Positions 59,363-64,000 of a stretch of 64,000 bases of DNA are shown piece by piece; within the stretch, counting starts at the first letter, position 1; each line of letters begins with the position of its first letter. The translations under genes were made by a program, and so were the position numbers. The notes below the pieces were generated by a model, which worked only from the letters and a program-made list of their open reading frames with translations, had not been told where the DNA came from and searched no databases. This DNA comes from Octopus bimaculoides (Eukaryota). Location of the stretch: positions 111,778,875-111,842,874 of the forward strand of contig NC_068984.1 of the NCBI RefSeq assembly GCF_001194135.2. Reading direction: 5' to 3'.

Positions 59363-60898
59363 CGGTTGAGATGCTCGGGGTCTGGTTTGGTCCAGACCTC
59401 CAAACGGAGAAGAACTGGGACGAGATAACGAGAAGGGTGGCCACTCTAGCCCGGCAATGGGCCGAGAGGAAGCTTTCCCTGAAAGGTCGGGCGGAGGTGG
59501 CGAACACGTACATCGCGTCCGTCATCTACTACCGCCTGACCGTCGTTCCTTGTCCCGACCCTACCATCACCAAACTGGAGCGCATCCTCTTCCGCTTCTT
59601 GTGGAAAGGAAGCGTTCCGATGGTTAGGCGATCCGTTTGCTGCCAACACCCGTTAAAAGGAGGACTGGGCATGCCGTGGTTGATGATGCGCAGACACGCN
59701 NNNNNNNNNNNNNNNNNNNNNNNNNNNNNNNNNNNNNNNNNNNNNNNNNNNNNNNNNNNNNNNNNNNNNNNNNNNNNNNNNNNNNNNNNNNNNNNNNNNN
59801 NNNNNNNNNNNNNNNNNNNNNNNNNNNNNNNNNNNNNNNNNNNNNNNNNNNNNNNNNNNNNNNNNNNNNNNNNNNNNNNNNNNNNNNNNNNNNNNNNNNN
59901 NNNNNNNNNNNNNNNNNNNNNNNNNNNNNNNNNNNNNNNNNNNNNNNNNNNNNNNNNNNNNNNNNNNNNNNNNNNNNNNNNNNNNNNNNNNNNNNNNNNN
60001 NNNNNNNNNNNNNNNNNNNNNNNNNNNNNNNNNNNNNNNNNNNNNNNNNNNNNNNNNNNNNNNNNNNNNNNNNNNNNNNNNNNNNNNNNNNNNNNNNNNN
60101 NNNNNNNNNNNNNNNNNNNNNNNNNNNNNNNNNNNNNNNNNNNNNNNNNNNNNNNNNNNNNNNNNNNNNNNNNNNNNNNNNNNNNNNNNNNNNNNNNNNN
60201 NNNNNNNNNNNNNNNNNNNNNNNNNNNNNNNNNNNNNNNNNNNNNNNNNNNNNNNNNNNNNNNNNNNNNNNNNNNNNNNNNNNNNNNNNNNNNNNNNNNN
60301 NNNNNNNNNNNNNNNNNNNNNNNNNNNNNNNNNNNNNNNNNNNNNNNNNNNNNNNNNNNNNNNNNNNNNNNNNNNNNNNNNNNNNNNNNNNNNNNNNNNN
60401 NNNNNNNNNNNNNNNNNNNNNNNNNNNNNNNNNNNNNNNNNNNNNNNNNNNNNNNNNNNNNNNNNNNNNNNNNNNNNNNNNNNNNNNNNNNNNNNNNNNN
60501 NNNNNNNNNNNNNNNNNNNNNNNNNNNNNNNNNNNNNNNNNNNNNNNNNNNNNNNNNNNNNNNNNNNNNNNNNCAATGAGAATATTGACCAAGGTTACCG
60601 TGGTCTTTTCCGTGGGCTTTTCCTTCCACGGCTAAACCTAAACTGTCCTCCCCTCTTTTTACACGAGAACATTACTGTGTGATACACGATCCCTATTGAT
60701 CGGCCTTTCCTTTTCTTTTTTTTTCGATCCCTTTTGATCGAACTGCCCCTTTTTCCCTTCCTACGATCCCTTTTGATCGACACCACCAATTTTTTTTTTT
60801 TTCTTTTTTTTTTCCTTCCTTCCCCCTCCCAAAAAGAAAAGCTCTACATTGTATTTGTCCCATCTTCGTTGAGCCCTGTGTGGCTAATAAAAGAAATG
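59363..60898 (+). mobile_element. 5'-truncated Tx1/L1-clade LINE with gap, 3' UTR and TSD
   Basis: PVEMLGVWFG...LSLKGRAEVANTYIASVIYYRL..PCP..LERILFRFLWKG..V.R..C..HP..GGLGMP. The 3' end is GGCTAATAAAAGAAA. TSD TATCTGTT(A/G)GTC at 59351-59362 and 60899-60910. The sequence is GC- and CpG-rich relative to its flanks. Confidence 0.88.
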
Positions 60899-61521
60899 TA
60901 TCTGTTGGTCTGTCTGTCCTTCTCTCTATTCCCAATGTCTATTAGCCGATCTGTCTCTCAATTATCTATCTCCATCAAAAATAGCAAGCCCTACCATCTT
61001 CCACCAAGAACAATACCACCACCACCCCAACTATCACCACCAGCAACACCTCCATCACCAAATCCACCACCACAAACACCACCATTACCCCTACTACTAT
61101 CATCATCACTACCACCACCACCATTGCCATTATCACCACCACGCCTCCTGTTGCCTTCATCGCCACCATCTTACCACCACTGCCATTATCTCAATGCCGA
61201 TACTTGATCATGTCTGCAGTTTCTAATTAATTGCCGTCTTACCTGCCAAGTGATTTCTCTTCAGGTTACTTCTGCACTAAGCCATCTTAATGGAAGTGAA
61301 CTTCTGCATGACTGGTTCAAACCTACCTTTAACACGTGTTTTTACGTTATTTTTTACTTTATTTGAAAATTTTTTTTTTTAACATTTTATAATCTTTATT
61401 TGTATTTGTATTTTATTTTATTTTATTTTATTTTACTATGTAACTTTATTTGATTTTGTTGTGTTTTTTTTTTAATCTGCTGTCTCTGATACTGATACAA
61501 ATGCACTCATACATATGTATG

Positions 61522-61568
<47 letters not shown>

Positions 61569-61807
61569 ACACACATACATACCACACATATATGTGTTTA
61601 TATATATACATAGATAGATAAATATAGATATAAATCTACATATGCATGTACATATATATGTGCATATGTTATATATCAATATATATATATTGATATATAT
61701 ATATAAATATATATACATACATACACTCACATATATATAAATATATCTGTATGTATGTTTCTCTTCCTTGCCCTCTCTCTCCCATTTCATATTTATGCAT
61801 ATATTTG

Positions 61808-61914
<107 letters not shown>

Positions 61915-62411
61915 ATGTCTTTCTGTTTCATTGATGTACAACTTAATTCTAGAAACTGCCTACTTATCTTTCCAATTCATGCACACGCTTACATGTACGC
62001 AAGCACACACATCAACACAGTCACACACACCACACATACAAATATACATAAATGTTATACACACACATATAAATGCATAATTTCGTCCACAGTCTCATAG
62101 AAAAATCTGTTTGCTTACATGAAGCAAATAGTAGAGCATATTCTTCTCCACTCTTGTCTCTATAATTATGTATGCATTTATTAATACTAATCATAACCAT
62201 TATCATCGTCGTTTTCACATGGACATCTGCTTTTCCATGTTTGCATGGATTGGACAGGAGTTTGTTAAGGCTGAGTCTTTTTTACAGCTGGATGCCCTTC
62301 CTGTTATCAATCTTCACCTGTTTCCTAGCAAAGTAATATTTTTCCTAATAACACTGACAATCATTTACAAATATTCTATGGTTTTAAAGCAAAAAGACAA
62401 GCATGCAAATG

Positions 62412-62454
<43 letters not shown>

Positions 62455-62939
62455 TATGGTAAGAATGGATACATAAAGGTGGAAGACCACAAGAACAATA
62501 CTGTGTATCCAACGCAAGATTTAATATATATATATATATATATGTGCATTTTTATATATTGTTATATTAACAATATCTAATTATCCAAAAAATTACAGTT
62601 TATATATATATATATATATTGGTGGTGGCAGCAGCTCCAGCTCATGTCCAAGCATTGGGTTCGTCAGTTTCTGTCCTGTCTCCTTGACAGATGTTTGTGC
62701 CAAATGTGACTTTGGAGTCCAAGTCAGTGGTGAAAGAGTTGTGGGCAGAATTTGTACAGAATGGTCGGTGCAGGTCAAGGATGTTGAAGACACTCCTTTT
62801 GTCTCCTGCATTTTACCTCCTCATACTGTTGTCTGTTCTGCTAGAAGGAGTTGGCTCCATTGTAGATGGCAGTCCTGCAGGCTGTCCTATCCATGGCAAT
62901 ATGTTCCCATGAGGATAGCTGGATGTTAGTTTGTACCAA

Positions 62940-63395
62940 GGCGCAGGAGTGGCTGTGTAGTGAGAAGCTTGCTTCCCAACAACATGGTTCAAGGTTCAGT
63001 CCCATTGTGTGGCACCTTGGGTAAGTGGATTTTATTATAGCCTCAAGCCAACCAAATCCTTGTGAGTGCATTTAGTAATCGGGAACTGAATGAAGCCCAT
63101 CACATATATATGTGTGTACGTGTGTGTGTATATGTATGTATGCATGCATGTATGTATATATGTAAGTATGTATGTATAAATTTATGTATCTATGTATGTC
63201 TCCCCACCATCACTTGACAACCAATGTTGGTGTGGTTCTGTCCACATAACTTAGCAGTTCGGCAAAAGAATCCGATAGAATTAGTACTAGGCTTACAAAG
63301 AATCAGTCGTGGGGTCAATTTGTTCGGCTACAGGCAATGCTTCATCATGGCCGCAGTCAAATGATTGAAACAAGTAAAGAAATGAAAGAATAAAA
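62940..63395 (+). mobile_element. SINE-A
   Basis: Complete A unit. Confidence 0.85.
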
Positions 63396-63704
63396 GAATA
63401 TATAATATTCTTCGGAAGCCTAGTTTAGAATAGAGGCAGCTGATGAAGGAAAAGTTCCATAAGTGGCTCGTCTGTTTTCCTATGTGTTCGTTCTGTTGTC
63501 CGTAGAAAAATTTCGTTTCTTGTGGTTTGTTTATGTTCCCGTTCCTATTTTTGTCCATGTTTTTTTGACGTCCTGTACTCGGATATGCACCTATATATAC
63601 ATGTAGATGTAGGTATGTACATATATGTATGTATATATGCGTATGCTCGCATATCATTTGTATTATTATATATATATATATATATATATATATCTATATA
63701 TATC

Positions 63705-64000
63705 ATCATCATCGTTTAACGTCCGCTTTCCATGCTAGCATGGGTTGGACGATTTGACTTAGGACTGGTGAAACCGGATGGCAACACCAGGCTCCAGTCT
63801 GATTTGGCAGAGTTTCTACAGCTGGATGCCCTTCCTAACGCCAACCACTCAGAGAGTGTAGTGGGTGCTTTTACGTGTCACCCGCACGAAAAACGGCCAC
63901 GCTCGAAATGGTGTCTTTTATGTGCCACCCGCACAAGAACCAGTCCAGGGGCACTGGCAACGATCTTACTTGGCTTGCCGGGTCTTCTCACGCACAGCAC
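63705..64000 (-). mobile_element. family C repeat, continues past the window end
   Basis: (CAT)n-CGTTTAACGTCCGCTTTCC..., near-identical to the other copies. Confidence 0.9.

Overview
This is AT-rich, microsatellite-saturated animal genomic DNA from a draft assembly with 11 N-gaps (12432-12711, 19394-19403, 30414-31119, 32296-32497, 34731-34841, 39022-39031, 44870-45153, 46611-46648, 48581-48923, 52904-52938, 59700-60573). The repeat families look like octopus (cephalopod) repeats from memory; this is not verified. I find no complete protein-coding gene, rRNA, intact tRNA or CRISPR array, and nearly all long ORFs in the track are microsatellite or N artefacts. Most of the window is transposon debris. 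(1) tRNA-headed SINEs, under my own labels: SINE-A, SINE-D, and a modular group with two bodies (head1, head2) joined to alternative tails (B, E, F and a fourth). (2) Family C, a (GAT)n-tailed LINE-3'-like repeat. (3) LINE fragments: three R4/Dong-like restriction-like-endonuclease (RLE) pieces, two Tx1/L1 pieces and several RTE-like 3' ends. (4) Penelope-like elements (PLEs) carrying hammerhead ribozyme folds. (5) DNA transposon relics: DD37D maT, mariner, TTAA MITEs and a Helentron/HINE-like element. Small unique islands carry plus-strand splice signals around 13-33 nt candidate microexons, so the window may be intronic to a large, alternatively spliced plus-strand gene that I cannot identify. 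The most notable items are the hammerhead cluster at 55.1-57.7 kb, LINEs inserted in microsatellites, combinatorial SINE chimeras, a 41-bp minisatellite with a 4-mer higher-order repeat, an 81-nt hairpin and the candidate microexons. SINE boundaries are approximate (about +/-10 bp).
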